DNA of 64,000 nucleotides from an uncultured Saprospiraceae bacterium (GTDB lineage: Bacteria; Bacteroidota; Bacteroidia; Chitinophagales; Saprospiraceae), in NCBI GenBank assembly GCA_964486185.1, contig CAZALD010000013.1:34897-98896 (forward strand), in the 5' to 3' direction. Made by a program: the position numbers and the translations under genes. Shown here piece by piece: positions 29,006 through 40,653 of the stretch; the first letter of the stretch is position 1, and each line of letters begins with the position of its first letter. The notes beneath the pieces were generated by a model that was given only the letters and a program-made list of their open reading frames with translations, did no database searches and was not told the origin of the DNA.

Positions 29006-30229
29006 ATGAGTCTTATTGATCTTAAAGTACCGTCTATCGGGGAGTCTATAACCGAAGTTACCCTATCCAAATGGCTAAAACCCGATGGTGCCATAGTGGC
29101 TGTCGATGAAGCCTTGTGTGAATTTGAATCGGATAAAGCCACATTGGAATTTCCTGCTGAAGCAAATGGAAAATTAATCCATATTGCCAAGGAAGGAGAT
29201 GACCTTCCCATTGGTGCTTTAGTCGCTCAACTGGATACTTCATTTTCCCATTCAGCTACTTCGAAACAGCCTCAGGCAGTGATTGATCTTCCTGAATCCG
29301 AGAAATCCAGAGAAACGGTAACAATTCATGAATCACAAATTCAAACTTCTCCAGTTGCCGCACGCATTCTTGCAGAATCTAATTTGAAAGCTGAAAATAT
29401 AATAGGTACTGGACCTCATGGAAAAATAACCAAAACAGATGCCCTGGAAGCCCTGGCCAAAAAGGAAAAAGCACCATTGGAAGCTATACCCAGAATGGAA
29501 TCTCCAAAATCCCAATCAGTAACAGGTACGAGAAATCAAAGGCGCGTCAAACTCAGCAGAATGCGTCGCACCATTGCAAAACGCCTGGTTTCAGCACAGA
29601 ACGAAACGGCGATGCTGACTACTTTTAATGAAGTGGATATGTCGGCCATCATGGAATTGCGCAATACCTATAATGAGGCCTTTCAAAAAAAGTATGGGAT
29701 TAAAATTGGATTTATGTCTTTGTTTGCAAAGGCCTGCAGTACCGTTCTGTTGCAGATGCCTGAAGTCAATGCACGTCTGGACGGCGAGGATCTGATTTTT
29801 CATGATTATGTCGATATCTCGCTTGCCATCTCTACTTCCAATGGATTAGTCGTACCACCCATACGCAATGTAGAATCATTGAAATTGCACGAATTTGAAC
29901 TTCAGTTAAAAAATCTGGCCGAAAAAGCCAGAACCGGAAAACTAAGCATGGACGAAATGACCGGAGGTACATTTACCATAACCAATGGCGGCGTCTTCGG
30001 CTCGATGATGAGTACACCGATTATTAATGAACCCCAATCTGCTATACTGGGCATGCATAATATAAAGGAACGGGCCGTGGTCATTAATGGAAAAATTGAA
30101 ATCCGGCCAATGATGTATCTTGCTCTATCATATGATCACAGGGTCATAGATGGTTCTTCTTCAGTTACTTTTTTAGTCAAGCTCATTGAGTTGCTGGAAG
30201 ATCCGATGAAATTATTTTTAGAAATTTAA
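29006..30229 (+). CDS. sucB: Dihydrolipoamide succinyltransferase, the E2 component of 2-oxoglutarate dehydrogenase
   Basis: Lipoyl domain ([11 protein letters not shown]), E3-binding domain ([13 protein letters not shown]), and catalytic DHRVIDG. Confidence 0.85.
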   Translation: MSLIDLKVPSIGESITEVTLSKWLKPDGAIVAVDEALCEFESDKATLEFPAEANGKLIHIAKEGDDLPIGALVAQLDTSFSHSATSKQPQAVIDLPESEKSRETVTIHESQIQTSPVAARILAESNLKAENIIGTGPHGKITKTDALEALAKKEKAPLEAIPRMESPKSQSVTGTRNQRRVKLSRMRRTIAKRLVSAQNETAMLTTFNEVDMSAIMELRNTYNEAFQKKYGIKIGFMSLFAKACSTVLLQMPEVNARLDGEDLIFHDYVDISLAISTSNGLVVPPIRNVESLKLHEFELQLKNLAEKARTGKLSMDEMTGGTFTITNGGVFGSMMSTPIINEPQSAILGMHNIKERAVVINGKIEIRPMMYLALSYDHRVIDGSSSVTFLVKLIELLEDPMKLFLEI

Positions 30230-30241
30230 ACATCACAGCTT

Positions 30242-30748
30242 ATGACACTGCAGCAACTTTTTGACTGGATTCAAATGAAACCCATGGTCGTTGTCTATTA
30301 TTACTTAGTCATATTGGCTTTAACGGTTCTTGCATCTCAATTTGCCAAAGAAGAAGCGCATCTGGCTCCCTGGAATATGTTCTATGCGGTAATCATTTAT
30401 TTGGTGTGCATACCCGGAATATTTGCAGTTACGCTAAGCATTTATTTCTTCTTATTTGAAAAACGAAGTATCATGGAGACGGAATTGATCCTTCAGGTAT
30501 TGCCTGTTTTTATGATGATTGTCATTCTCTTACTCATTCGAAAAACGATAGATTTTGATCTTATACCTGGCTTCGATAAGATCAGTAATCTAATGGTGAT
30601 CATTGCAGTTTTATTATCCCTGATGTGGATCATCGACCGCACGCATTTATATGCCATCAGTTTTGTACCATTTTACCTGGTTTTTATCATTATTGTTGGA
30701 GGTATTTTTGCTATGCGCATGGCCTTTAAAAAGATGATCAGGTTTTGA
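30242..30748 (+). CDS. Hypothetical polytopic membrane protein
   Basis: 168 aa with 4-5 hydrophobic helices, 12 nt after sucB. Confidence 0.45.
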   Translation: MTLQQLFDWIQMKPMVVVYYYLVILALTVLASQFAKEEAHLAPWNMFYAVIIYLVCIPGIFAVTLSIYFFLFEKRSIMETELILQVLPVFMMIVILLLIRKTIDFDLIPGFDKISNLMVIIAVLLSLMWIIDRTHLYAISFVPFYLVFIIIVGGIFAMRMAFKKMIRF

Positions 30749-31217
30749 CATGGAAATGCTAAACACTTATTTCTTAGAAATTGGTTATGTAGAATGCAGG
30801 TATTTATCCAAACAAGGGAAGTTCTGCAAAACTTTGAAACTACTTGTTAATAGTTTGTCATTCCGTTGAAAAATGGAAGATCTAATTAGTTGATTCTGAA
30901 TTCGTTGAAAAAATTAGTACCAATTCAAACACAACCCTTTTATAACTTTTTTGTTGTAATGCGTAAACCTCAAGATTTCACTTGATTACGTATAGTAAAA
31001 AATTAATTCTTTGATTCTTAATGAATTAGCAAAAAATTAATTGTAGAATCACATTAAAGTTGCGATCTTTGTAAGGTACTTTGATACAGGGCTGATACAC
31101 ATTTCATAAATTTAATATACAGATGGATTAATTTGATAGATGGACAACTATGTTTTCATTTGTCAAAATTTCAGGCTCCATTGAAATGAGTAAGTTTCCC
31201 GCTAACTGATACGATAT

Positions 31218-32267
31218 ATGAAAAACTTTGTTATGCAACAAAACACTTTTTATAAAGTGATAATTCAGGGACGTTTTGAATTTGGGAGTAAACGATCATT
31301 TAATAAAGTCCTGGCACTTTATACCCAACGTGCTGAAACTCTATATAAGAACGAAATCTTGTTTAAAGTACCCGAAGAAATATTTTTGGAAAAAGAATAC
31401 TCTTTTTATATCGGTAGATTTATTGGTAACTCATCAGAAAAAGTTTGGAAAAACACCATCAGTCTGATTGAATATTGTTCTCAATTTTCGCTTTCAGGAA
31501 GTATCAATGCCTGGATGACAGATAATGGCAAAATATTAAAACATTTTCATATTGAGCCTTTAGTGGAAAAATCTTCTGTGATGTTATATCAGGAAGGTAA
31601 AAAAATGGCTGAACAAATCGGAAAAGAAAAAGAAGCCATGCAGTTATTGACCGAAGCAATTGAAAAATATGACAGGCACTCTCAGGCTTATGAAAAAAGA
31701 GGATATATCAATTTTCATTTAAAGAATTATGAAGATGCAATTTATGATTTTAAAAAAAGCATCAAATTTGATCACATGAATGCCTCTTCTCATTATGGTT
31801 TAGCAAGAACGCTGATGGTCAAAAAAGAATTTAAAGAAGCCATTCATTGCCTGGATGAAACAACAAAACAATCTATTGCTCTTCAATCCATTTATTGGGC
31901 TGCAAGACGGATTAAAGGAAATTGTCATCTGGAATTAAACCAGTTTAAAGAAGCCGCATTTGAGTACAAATTATTTACCAGCAGATCATTTCCAGAAGGT
32001 GATCCTAATTTAAAACATATGTCCATAACCTGGTTTAATTATGGGAAGACTTTGTTTGCATTAGGTCAGATGGATCAGGCTCTCGAAGCATTTGACCATA
32101 GTCTGGCCGCGTTGGAATCAGAAAAAGAAAATAATCAGGCTGAAATATTTATGCACCGGGGTATGGCCAGGAAAGCTGCAGGTAAAGCCGATTATATCCT
32201 GGATATAAAAAAGGCTGCTGAATTAGGCCTCAACTCCGCGACATTATTATTGGAAGAACAAAATTAA
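31218..32267 (+). CDS. TPR-repeat protein
   Basis: Repeated 34-aa A/Y/G/F patterns, for example AYEKRGYINFHLKNYEDAIYDFKKSIKFD. Confidence 0.6.
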   Translation: MKNFVMQQNTFYKVIIQGRFEFGSKRSFNKVLALYTQRAETLYKNEILFKVPEEIFLEKEYSFYIGRFIGNSSEKVWKNTISLIEYCSQFSLSGSINAWMTDNGKILKHFHIEPLVEKSSVMLYQEGKKMAEQIGKEKEAMQLLTEAIEKYDRHSQAYEKRGYINFHLKNYEDAIYDFKKSIKFDHMNASSHYGLARTLMVKKEFKEAIHCLDETTKQSIALQSIYWAARRIKGNCHLELNQFKEAAFEYKLFTSRSFPEGDPNLKHMSITWFNYGKTLFALGQMDQALEAFDHSLAALESEKENNQAEIFMHRGMARKAAGKADYILDIKKAAELGLNSATLLLEEQN

Positions 32268-32314
32268 TTTCCAATATTAATCTTCTCTCTTTGATCGTTT
32301 TAGGAGAAAAATTT

Positions 32315-34240
32315 ATGAAGTTTGCTTTATCAGCACTATTGATGTTTGTATTTAGTCAATGTATTTTTTCTCAAAGCTATTATACAAAAAAAAACGCTCC
32401 TAAACAAGCCCTGAAACTCTTTCAAAAAGCTCAGCAGTATTATCATACTAATCAGTTTGACAAAGCCATACTTTATTTTGAAAAAGCCTTGTCAAAAGAA
32501 CCTGATTTTATCGATGCCGAACTGCAATGGGCTTCAGTATGTTTTGATATAAAAGATTATTCATGTGCTGAAATTCATTTGCAAAAGGTTTTACAGTTGG
32601 ATTCTTTTTATAATCTTAAAATTTTTTATACTCTGGCTCTTGTGCAATACCATTTGGATCATTTTGATCAGGCACATAAAAATATTTCTTATTTTCTTTC
32701 TGCAGATTATGACAATATTGATATACAGAACAAAGCAAAATCATTGTCGAAAAACATCATTTTTGCCGATTCTGCTTATCAACATCCTCTGCAGATTCAA
32801 CCCATTTTTTTAGATGCCTTAAATTCTGAATATTCAGAATATATGCCTTCTGTTTCAGCAGATGGGAATACAGCAGTATTTACCCGCCGTTCTATTCGTG
32901 GAGATGAAGACTTGTTTATTTCATTTTTTCAAGATTCGGCCTGGACAGTTGCTGAGCCTATTGTCGACCTCAATACTCCATTCAATGAAGGTTCACCGGC
33001 TTTATCTCAAGATGGTACTAAACTGATGTACACTATTTGTGATCGCAAGTATTCGTTTGGGGGATGTGATTTGTATTTATCTGAATACAAAAATGATTCA
33101 TGGACAGAACCATACAATATGGGAGATATCATAAATACAGCAGCTTATGAATCGAATGCCTGTTTTGCCGATAATGGAAATGCAGTTTATTTTACCAGCA
33201 ACCGGAAAGGTACACTCGGGGGTTATGATATCTGGATGAGCAAGATGAAACCAGATAAAAGCTGGTCTGTACCAAAGAACCTGGGAGATCAAATTAATAC
33301 TGCCGGAAATGAAGTTAGTCCGTTTGTTCATCCAAATAATAAAGTGCTCTATTTTTCTTCAGATTATTTTCCGGGTATGGGTGGCAGAGATCTGTTTTAT
33401 TCAATAGCGGACGAATCTGGCAAGTGGCAAAGCCCCGTAAATCTGGGCTACCCAATAAATTCCAAAGGTGACGAATCTTCTTTTGTCGTTTTTCCAGATG
33501 GCAAAAAAGCCTGGATGGCCAGTGATAAAAAGTATTTTGAAAAAATGTATTCACATCTAAGACCTAATCTGGATCTGTATGAATTGATTCTTCCTGTCGA
33601 ACTCAGAGTAATACCTTCTACTTATGTAGAAATCACAGTAAGTGATTTACATACCGGGAAACCGGTAAAAGCGTTTGTTAGTGTCTTTAATTTAAATACA
33701 AATCAATATTATTTTCAAAATGAAACCAATGAAAAAGGAAAACTCCTGATTGCTTTACCATCCGGTGCAGATTATGCCATGCATGTCTATCACAAGGATT
33801 ATATTTTTATACCAGAACAGTTTCGATGTTCTGAAGCAAATATTAAATTACATCCTTTTATTATTCATAAAAAACTCAGCAGAACAAATCAATTCAAGGA
33901 TACTGCTTATGTTTTGAAAAATATTTTTTTTGAAACGGCTTCAGCTGTGCTAAAATCACAAAGTAAGTTTGAACTTGAAACATTGTTTAAATTTTTAAAA
34001 GAACATCCGGAGCTCCGATTAAAAATTACAGGACACACCGATAATGTCGGTGCAGAAAACGACAATTTGGCATTATCAGAACAACGGGCACTTGCAGTTA
34101 TCAATTATTTAATGCGTTTGGGTATTCAAAATAGCCGCCTGATTCATGAAGGTAAAGGAGAATCTGAACCCCTAAATGATAATTCTACAGAAGAGCTACG
34201 ACAGGAAAACAGGAGAATTGAATTCAGGATAATCAAATAA
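32315..34240 (+). CDS. OmpA-family protein with N-terminal TPR and PD40/TolB-like repeats
   Basis: Signal peptide after the moved start MKFALSAL and repeated SP..s.DG motifs. The C-terminal OmpA domain reads TGHTDNVGAENDNLALSEQRALAVINYL...NRRIEF. Confidence 0.75.
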   Translation: MKFALSALLMFVFSQCIFSQSYYTKKNAPKQALKLFQKAQQYYHTNQFDKAILYFEKALSKEPDFIDAELQWASVCFDIKDYSCAEIHLQKVLQLDSFYNLKIFYTLALVQYHLDHFDQAHKNISYFLSADYDNIDIQNKAKSLSKNIIFADSAYQHPLQIQPIFLDALNSEYSEYMPSVSADGNTAVFTRRSIRGDEDLFISFFQDSAWTVAEPIVDLNTPFNEGSPALSQDGTKLMYTICDRKYSFGGCDLYLSEYKNDSWTEPYNMGDIINTAAYESNACFADNGNAVYFTSNRKGTLGGYDIWMSKMKPDKSWSVPKNLGDQINTAGNEVSPFVHPNNKVLYFSSDYFPGMGGRDLFYSIADESGKWQSPVNLGYPINSKGDESSFVVFPDGKKAWMASDKKYFEKMYSHLRPNLDLYELILPVELRVIPSTYVEITVSDLHTGKPVKAFVSVFNLNTNQYYFQNETNEKGKLLIALPSGADYAMHVYHKDYIFIPEQFRCSEANIKLHPFIIHKKLSRTNQFKDTAYVLKNIFFETASAVLKSQSKFELETLFKFLKEHPELRLKITGHTDNVGAENDNLALSEQRALAVINYLMRLGIQNSRLIHEGKGESEPLNDNSTEELRQENRRIEFRIIK

Positions 34241-35646
34241 TGAGTAAATCTAAACCCAAAATTGCAGAGTTGGAAATAACCGGTCTGGCACATAAAGGCC
34301 TGGCGGTTGGCAGAACAGATGACGGCATGGTTGTCTTTGTCAATGATGCTGTTCCTGGAGACCGTGTACAGGTTATGTTAACCCGAAAACGAAAAGGTGC
34401 CTGGTTTGCCCATCTGATCAGTATTTTAAGGCATTCAATTCACCGGACAGAGCCTGTATGCTCACATTTTGGAATTTGTGGGGGATGCAGTTGGCAAAAT
34501 CTCAATTATTCAGAACAATTAAAACAAAAGGAAACATTGGTGCGGGATGCCTTATGTCGTATCGGTAAAATTTCAGATCAGCTCATTGAATCCATATTAC
34601 CAGCATTACACACGGAATATTACCGGAATAAAATGGAATATACTTTCTCAAATTACCGGTGGTTAACTGAATTGGAAATCAGTCAATCTGATCAGATAGT
34701 GAATCAAAAAGCATTAGGTTTTCACCGACCGGGAAATTTTAATAAAATTGTGGATATACATAAATGTCATCTTCAAATTGACAGCACGAATTCTATCCGA
34801 AACTTCATCAGGGATTATTCATTAAAACTGAATCTTGAATTCTATGATATTAAATTACAGCAAGGTTTACTCAGGAATGTTATCATTAAAAGTAATTCGA
34901 AATCAGAAATTATGTGTATTCTGGTGTTTCATTATGAAGACCAAAATAGTATAAAAGGGTTTGTCAAACATTTGCATACCGAATTTCCAGAAATAGTATC
35001 TATTTATTACGTAATCAATCCAAAGAAAAATGACAGCTATTTTGATTTAAATTTTATAAAGTTGTTTGGTTTGGATTATTTAACAGAGTATTTGGATCAT
35101 GCAAAATTTTTAATTGGTCCAAAATCGTTTTTTCAGACAAATCCAGAGCAGGCTGCAAGACTTTATCAAATCGTGCTGGAGTTTTGTGATCTTAAAGGCA
35201 ATGAAATAATTTATGATCTTTATTGCGGGGTAGGAAGTATCGGTATTTATCTGGCAAAAAATGCTTTTAAGGTAATTGGTATTGAGGAAGTGAAAGAAGC
35301 TATTGATGATGCAAGAATCAATGCCAGAGAAAATGATCTGGAAAATTGTCATTTTTATATTTCTGATGCAAAAGATATTGATGCACTTGAGTTGCAAAAA
35401 AATCATGGCAAACCTGATGTTTTAATTGTAGATCCACCCAGAGCAGGTTTACACCTTAGCGTTGTGAACCAAATATTAAGCTTGTCACCTGCGAAACTTG
35501 TTTATGTTAGCTGCAATCCGGCTACTCAGGCACGAGATATTCTATTATTAAGTGAAAAATATCTGGTTAAAAGAATTAAACCCGTGGATATGTTTCCTCA
35601 TACAAATCATGTAGAATCTGTAGCATTATTATCTTTGCAAAAATGA
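34240..35646 (+). CDS. rlmD: 23S rRNA (uracil-C5)-methyltransferase RlmD/RumA family
   Basis: TRAM-like N-terminus, Fe-S cysteines CSHFGICGGCSWQ, VLIVDPPRAGL, and YVSCNPAT. Confidence 0.8.
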   Translation: MSKSKPKIAELEITGLAHKGLAVGRTDDGMVVFVNDAVPGDRVQVMLTRKRKGAWFAHLISILRHSIHRTEPVCSHFGICGGCSWQNLNYSEQLKQKETLVRDALCRIGKISDQLIESILPALHTEYYRNKMEYTFSNYRWLTELEISQSDQIVNQKALGFHRPGNFNKIVDIHKCHLQIDSTNSIRNFIRDYSLKLNLEFYDIKLQQGLLRNVIIKSNSKSEIMCILVFHYEDQNSIKGFVKHLHTEFPEIVSIYYVINPKKNDSYFDLNFIKLFGLDYLTEYLDHAKFLIGPKSFFQTNPEQAARLYQIVLEFCDLKGNEIIYDLYCGVGSIGIYLAKNAFKVIGIEEVKEAIDDARINARENDLENCHFYISDAKDIDALELQKNHGKPDVLIVDPPRAGLHLSVVNQILSLSPAKLVYVSCNPATQARDILLLSEKYLVKRIKPVDMFPHTNHVESVALLSLQK

Positions 35647-36026
35647 ACACACAATTTGATAAATACCTACAGTTGGAAGATGATTTAAGACGATATCGAA
35701 AAGCTTTAAATAATGCTTTGGATATTATGTTGGATCAGGAAATTAGTAATTATCCAATATTCGTTTTGCATCAGCAGGAACTGGCTATGGGAGTTTCAGT
35801 CATAGAAGCTGGCGACCAAACAGGTGTCTGGTCTGTAAATGCATCCAGCCTGGAAGAATTTGCCCTTAAAGAAATAATAGAATCGGCCAAAATAGAAGAG
35901 TTTAAGAAAGTATATAAATCTCATACAGACAGTTTCTGCTTATTTGTTTTGTCAGAATTAGGAGCACAGTTTATTTTTTATCCAAGAACAGATCATCTTT
36001 ATACAGAATATGGAAATCTCAATTGA
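35643..36026 (+). CDS. Hypothetical protein, translationally coupled to rlmD (ATGA overlap)
   Basis: ORF only, 127 aa, no recognised motif. Confidence 0.4.
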   Translation: MNTQFDKYLQLEDDLRRYRKALNNALDIMLDQEISNYPIFVLHQQELAMGVSVIEAGDQTGVWSVNASSLEEFALKEIIESAKIEEFKKVYKSHTDSFCLFVLSELGAQFIFYPRTDHLYTEYGNLN

Positions 36027-36357
36027 TTTAAAATTAATGCACGAAATTGTTTTCCGCGATAATGCTCTGTTAATAGAAATGCTGGAAGAATGGATGGAAG
36101 ATAGTAATTCAAAAATACAGGCAATCGAACAACGATTTGCTGATAAATTATGGTCAGGCCTCTTTAATAAAATACATGAGTTGAAAACCAATTTTTCAAT
36201 GATTCATTGTTATGCCGGAATTCAGTGTTGCGAAAAATCAATTGAGCTAATTTCAATTGAAAATACACTTCAAAACTCTCATATTGAAACATTAAAGGAA
36301 ATTGTAGAAAAGGTAAATTTGGAAATACTAAAAATTCTGGATCAAAAGAAAGGATAA
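36010..36357 (+). CDS. Small helical protein with an HPt-like (histidine phosphotransfer) signature
   Basis: KIHELKTNFSMIHCYAGI resembles the HxLKGxxxxxG phosphotransfer helix. It overlaps the previous ORF by 17 nt. Confidence 0.35.
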   Translation: MEISIDLKLMHEIVFRDNALLIEMLEEWMEDSNSKIQAIEQRFADKLWSGLFNKIHELKTNFSMIHCYAGIQCCEKSIELISIENTLQNSHIETLKEIVEKVNLEILKILDQKKG

Positions 36358-36399
36358 CAGAAAATTGATATAATATTTAATCGAGTATAATTATACAAA

Positions 36400-37272
36400 A
36401 TGAAAGGAATAATTTTAGCTGGAGGACAAGGGACAAGATTGTATCCGATTACACTTGCCATGAGTAAACAATTAATGCCGGTATATGATAAACCTATGAT
36501 CTATTATCCGTTGTCTACTTTAATGCTCGCAGGAATTAAGGAGATACTAATTATTTCAACACCTCATGATCTTCCGCAATTTAAAAATTTATTAAATGAC
36601 GGTTCGGCATTGGGCATTCAGATAAGTTATAAAGAGCAATTGGTGCCAAATGGTTTGGCGCAGGCATTTGTATTGGGAAAAGAGTTTATTGGTAATGATT
36701 CAGTTTGTTTAATTCTTGGAGATAATATTTTCTATGGGCATAAACTCGTGGATTTGTTGAGAGAAAGTACTAAACCAGATGGAGGTATTATTTTTGCATA
36801 TTCTGTCTCAGACCCGGAACGATACGGAGTAGTTGAATTTGATGATGATTTACATGCACTAAGTATAGAAGAAAAGCCAAAACATCCAAAATCAAATTAT
36901 GCAGTACCGGGAATTTATTTTTACGATAATTCTGTAATAAAAATTGCTGAAGATTTGAAGCCCTCGGCCCGAGGAGAATACGAAATTACAGACGTAAATA
37001 AAGTCTTCCTGAATCTGAAAAAATTAAAAGTAGGCGTATTAGGTAGAGGAGTTGCCTGGCTGGATACCGGAACCACAGAATCGCTGATGCAGGCTTCTCA
37101 GTTTATTCAAGTTATCGAACAACGTCAAGGTCTGAAAATTGGGTGTATCGAAGAGGTAGCTTACTTGATGGGATTTATCACCCTGGAACAATTAAAAAAA
37201 CATGCAGAAATTTTACAAAAAAGCTCATACGGCGAGTACATCTTAAAAATTAGCAAATTGGCTAAATCCTAG
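36400..37272 (+). CDS. rfbA: Glucose-1-phosphate thymidylyltransferase
   Basis: [18 protein letters not shown], the YDKPMIYYP family core, and a length of 290 aa. Confidence 0.9.
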   Translation: MKGIILAGGQGTRLYPITLAMSKQLMPVYDKPMIYYPLSTLMLAGIKEILIISTPHDLPQFKNLLNDGSALGIQISYKEQLVPNGLAQAFVLGKEFIGNDSVCLILGDNIFYGHKLVDLLRESTKPDGGIIFAYSVSDPERYGVVEFDDDLHALSIEEKPKHPKSNYAVPGIYFYDNSVIKIAEDLKPSARGEYEITDVNKVFLNLKKLKVGVLGRGVAWLDTGTTESLMQASQFIQVIEQRQGLKIGCIEEVAYLMGFITLEQLKKHAEILQKSSYGEYILKISKLAKS

Positions 37273-37427
37273 TAAAATCTAATTCTACTTTAAAAAACAG
37301 AGTTGTTAAATCTTTGCCAATTCGAAAACAGGCCAAGGATAAAAAATAAATTTGTCCAGTTCAAAAAAAATTTGTACTAAAGTTGACAAATCTATAGCCT
37401 TTTTTTGGCTAATTTCAACCAGGACTA

Positions 37428-38144
37428 TTATCGTTTGGATATCTGAATTGCAACTCTTCTGTTAAGAGCTCTTCCTTCTTCGTGAGTATTATCTGCTATT
37501 GGATACGTATTTCCAAACCCTTTTGCCTGTAACCGATTGGATTCAATCCCCAATTCGATTAAAGCATTTTTAATTGTATTTGCCCGTTCCTGGGATAATT
37601 TTAAATTTTCAGATTCATTTCCCTGATTGTCGGTATATCCTCCTATGATATATTCTGAAGATGGAATGGCTTTCATAATAAAGGCAATATTTTGTAATTG
37701 CTCATTGGAAACAGCGTTTAATTTAGAACTGCCGGGTTCAAATAAAATTCTGTCAAAATTAAACCAGTTGGTTTTATCAATTTTATTTTTTTGGTTTTTT
37801 AACCAGTTGACCAATTTCATTTCAAGTCCGTATTCCGGTATCGAAACTTCATTTTCATCAGCAAGTTTTACTGTGATATATTTACCAAGTGCTTTCCAGT
37901 TTGATTTAAATGAAACTGCAAGGCTATCCAGACTTTCTTTAACCGATTTGGCATCTTTTTCTGCTTCTGCTGAGATGGAGTCTATTGCGTTTTCCGCATT
38001 TTTAAGCCCGGCATTCAGATTTTGACGTATCGAATCTTGTTTACATGATTTTACGCAATACATTAATCCGCCTATCAATGCCAGAAAGGAAATGTAAGTA
38101 ATCCAGCTGGAAATTGATTTTGTGTGGTTAGTTTCCTGATTCAT
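37428..38144 (-). CDS. OmpA-family protein with an N-terminal membrane anchor
   Basis: GGYTDNQGNESENLKLSQERANTIKNALIELG...NRRVAIQI. Confidence 0.75.
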   Translation of the reverse strand: MNQETNHTKSISSWITYISFLALIGGLMYCVKSCKQDSIRQNLNAGLKNAENAIDSISAEAEKDAKSVKESLDSLAVSFKSNWKALGKYITVKLADENEVSIPEYGLEMKLVNWLKNQKNKIDKTNWFNFDRILFEPGSSKLNAVSNEQLQNIAFIMKAIPSSEYIIGGYTDNQGNESENLKLSQERANTIKNALIELGIESNRLQAKGFGNTYPIADNTHEEGRALNRRVAIQISKR

Positions 38145-38366
38145 TTATTTTTTTGAATAATTATTGGGCAAAGTTATAAATCAAACAGGGCCAAAAGAGT
38201 CAATCAATTGTTATTGCTTTTTAAAGATGTCGTAATTTTTACCACCCGGTTTCTGATTAGAGGGATTTACAGAAGATTTGTATGGCTTTTTTAAAAGTTT
38301 TTTACAAATGCAACTTCTCTATCCGAAATTTGTATCTTCAGAGATAGTTTATTAAATAGCGTAATC

Positions 38367-38897
38367 ATGAACCTGGACGATTTAAAATACCCCATAGGAA
38401 AATGGACAAAACAAGCTGATTATCAGCCTGAAACAATCAAAAAGTGCATTCAGGATATCAGCGAATTTCCGGATCTTTTCACTGAAATTGTCTGTAATTT
38501 ACCAGAAGCTTCTTTTGCATTCCGATACCGGCCAGATGGTTGGACCATACGTCAATTAAGCCATCATGTTGTAGATAGCCATTTGAATGCTTATTTACGG
38601 CATAAACTGGCTTATACGGCGGACCAGCCTACAATAAACCCCTATAATGAATCTCGCTGGGCTGAATTGGAAGATGTCAGGTCGGTACCGGTAACTTGTT
38701 CACTTCAACTTTTAAAAGATTTACATCTTCGATGGTGTGTCTTTTTAAATTCACTGGATCCGATATCTTTAAAAAGATCTTTCATTCATCCTGAACATAA
38801 TCGGCTTATAACGATCGAAGAATCGATCAGTATGTATTCATGGCATTGCAGACACCACCTGGCACATGCACAATTAGCTGTTAAGAATCCCTATTAG
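38367..38897 (+). CDS. DinB/YfiT-family metal-dependent protein (putative thiol transferase)
   Basis: His triad context [11 protein letters not shown] ... WHCRHHLAH, which is a YfiT-like layout. Confidence 0.6.
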   Translation: MNLDDLKYPIGKWTKQADYQPETIKKCIQDISEFPDLFTEIVCNLPEASFAFRYRPDGWTIRQLSHHVVDSHLNAYLRHKLAYTADQPTINPYNESRWAELEDVRSVPVTCSLQLLKDLHLRWCVFLNSLDPISLKRSFIHPEHNRLITIEESISMYSWHCRHHLAHAQLAVKNPY

Positions 38898-38923
38898 TAT
38901 GGTTCATTTTGCTGCTGAAATCC

Positions 38924-38931
38924 TATTTTTG
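38924..38931 (+). promoter_or_regulatory. -7 box TAnnTTTG (TATTTTTG) only 7 nt before the prfC ATG
   Basis: Exact motif match. Its position implies a very short or absent 5' UTR. Confidence 0.35.
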
Positions 38932-38938
38932 CGGCCTT

Positions 38939-40519
38939 ATGAGTTTTTTAAAGGAATTAAAAAAGCGGAGGACCTTTGGGATTGTCTCCCATCCCGATGC
39001 CGGAAAAACCACACTTACTGAAAAACTGCTTCTATTTGGAGGAGCCATTCAGACAGCTGGGGCCGTAAAATCTAATAAAATTAAAAAACATGCAACGTCC
39101 GATTTTATGGAAATCGAACGGCAACGTGGTATTTCGGTAGCTACCAGTGTTATGGCGTTTCCATATAAAGACTTGCAAATAAATATTCTCGATACTCCCG
39201 GGCACAAAGATTTTGCTGAAGATACCTTCCGCACCTTAACTGCGGTAGACAGCGTTATCGTCGTGATTGATGTTGCGAAAGGTGTTGAAGAGCAAACCGA
39301 AAAATTAGTCGAAGTTTGTCGCATGCGTCGCACTCCAGTCATTGTGTTTATTAATAAACTGGATCGTGAAGGCAAGGATGCTTTTGATTTGTTGGATGAA
39401 GTAGAAACCAAACTCCATCTAAAGGTGACTCCTCTTTCCTGGCCGATTGGCATGGGAAAAAACTTTCAGGGTGTTTATAGCTTGTTTGAAAAAAAATTCA
39501 TTCACTTCAGACCGCATGGAAAACAAGATGCTGAAGATGTGATTTCAATCTCTGATTTACATGATGAATATTTTCGTAAGCTGATTGGCACGAAAGAACA
39601 TACGCAATTCATGGAAGAGATTCAAACAATTCATTCTGTATATCCTGATTTTATAAGGGAAGATTATCTCAACGGGAAGATCAGTCCGGTCTTTTATGGC
39701 AGTGCGGTGAATAATTTTGGAGTGCGTGAACTTTTAGATTGTTTCGTAGAAATTGCTCCTGAGCCCTTGCTTCGGGAGACAGAAGAGCGTATTGTAAAGC
39801 CTGAAGAAGAAAAACTGACAGGATTTATTTTTAAAATACACGCTAATATGGATCCAAAACACCGGGATCGCATTGCCTTTTTCAGAATATGCTCGGGTGT
39901 TTTCAAAAGAAACACTAATTATTTTCATGTACGTCTTAACAGACAATTTAAATTTTCTAATCCAACTTCATTTATGGCTGCCAAAAAAGAAGTCGTAGAT
40001 GAAGCTTATCCAGGCGATGTCGTTGGACTTTTTGATACAGGAAACTTTAAGATAGGTGACGTCCTGACTGAAGGTGAAACATTGCATTTTAAGGGAATTC
40101 CAAGGTTTTCGCCTGAAATTTTCAGATATGTCAACAATTCAGATCCTTCTAAATTTAAACAATTTGCTAAAGGGCTTGATCAACTTATGGACGAAGGTGT
40201 TGCACAAATGTTTATCAAAGAGGACAATCAGAGAAAAATAATCGGAGTGGTTGGCGCATTGCAGTTTGATGTGATACAGTATAGAATGGAACATGAATAC
40301 AATGCTGCTTGTAGCTACGATCCGGTAAATCTTCATAAAGCTTGTTGGGTTGAATGTACTGATCAGAAAATGCTGGATGAGTTTACGCTGCGAAGAAAAA
40401 AAGACCTTGCCAGAGATAAAGATGGGAAATTAATTTTTTTGGCTGAATCTGCCTGGACTTTGAAATTAGTCCAAGAAAATTATCCGTCCATTCAATTCCA
40501 TTTAAGTTCAGAGTTCTGA
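38939..40519 (+). CDS. prfC: Peptide chain release factor 3
   Basis: [34 protein letters not shown]. The start is moved to MSFLKELKK. Confidence 0.9.
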   Translation: MSFLKELKKRRTFGIVSHPDAGKTTLTEKLLLFGGAIQTAGAVKSNKIKKHATSDFMEIERQRGISVATSVMAFPYKDLQINILDTPGHKDFAEDTFRTLTAVDSVIVVIDVAKGVEEQTEKLVEVCRMRRTPVIVFINKLDREGKDAFDLLDEVETKLHLKVTPLSWPIGMGKNFQGVYSLFEKKFIHFRPHGKQDAEDVISISDLHDEYFRKLIGTKEHTQFMEEIQTIHSVYPDFIREDYLNGKISPVFYGSAVNNFGVRELLDCFVEIAPEPLLRETEERIVKPEEEKLTGFIFKIHANMDPKHRDRIAFFRICSGVFKRNTNYFHVRLNRQFKFSNPTSFMAAKKEVVDEAYPGDVVGLFDTGNFKIGDVLTEGETLHFKGIPRFSPEIFRYVNNSDPSKFKQFAKGLDQLMDEGVAQMFIKEDNQRKIIGVVGALQFDVIQYRMEHEYNAACSYDPVNLHKACWVECTDQKMLDEFTLRRKKDLARDKDGKLIFLAESAWTLKLVQENYPSIQFHLSSEF

Positions 40520-40570
40520 ACAATTAAGCTATAAAAGTCATTGGAATACGAACGATTCCTGTTATCAAAT

Positions 40571-40606
40571 AAATAAATGAGGCAATTTCTTGCCTCATTT
40601 ATTTTT
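40571..40606. terminator. Bidirectional terminator hairpin between convergent genes (15-bp stem, 4-nt loop)
   Basis: aaataaatgaggcaa-tttc-ttgcctcatttattt, flanked by A/T runs. Confidence 0.7.
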
Positions 40607-40653
40607 AGTCTCTGAATTTATTTCAGAAAGCTGGTAATCTCGCGACGTTTTTA

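Noticed and set aside
28822-29211. A 129-aa minus-strand ORF overlapping the sucB 5' region.
   Set aside because: It is antisense to the lipoyl domain of a strongly supported sucB and runs through its promoter region. It has no motifs.
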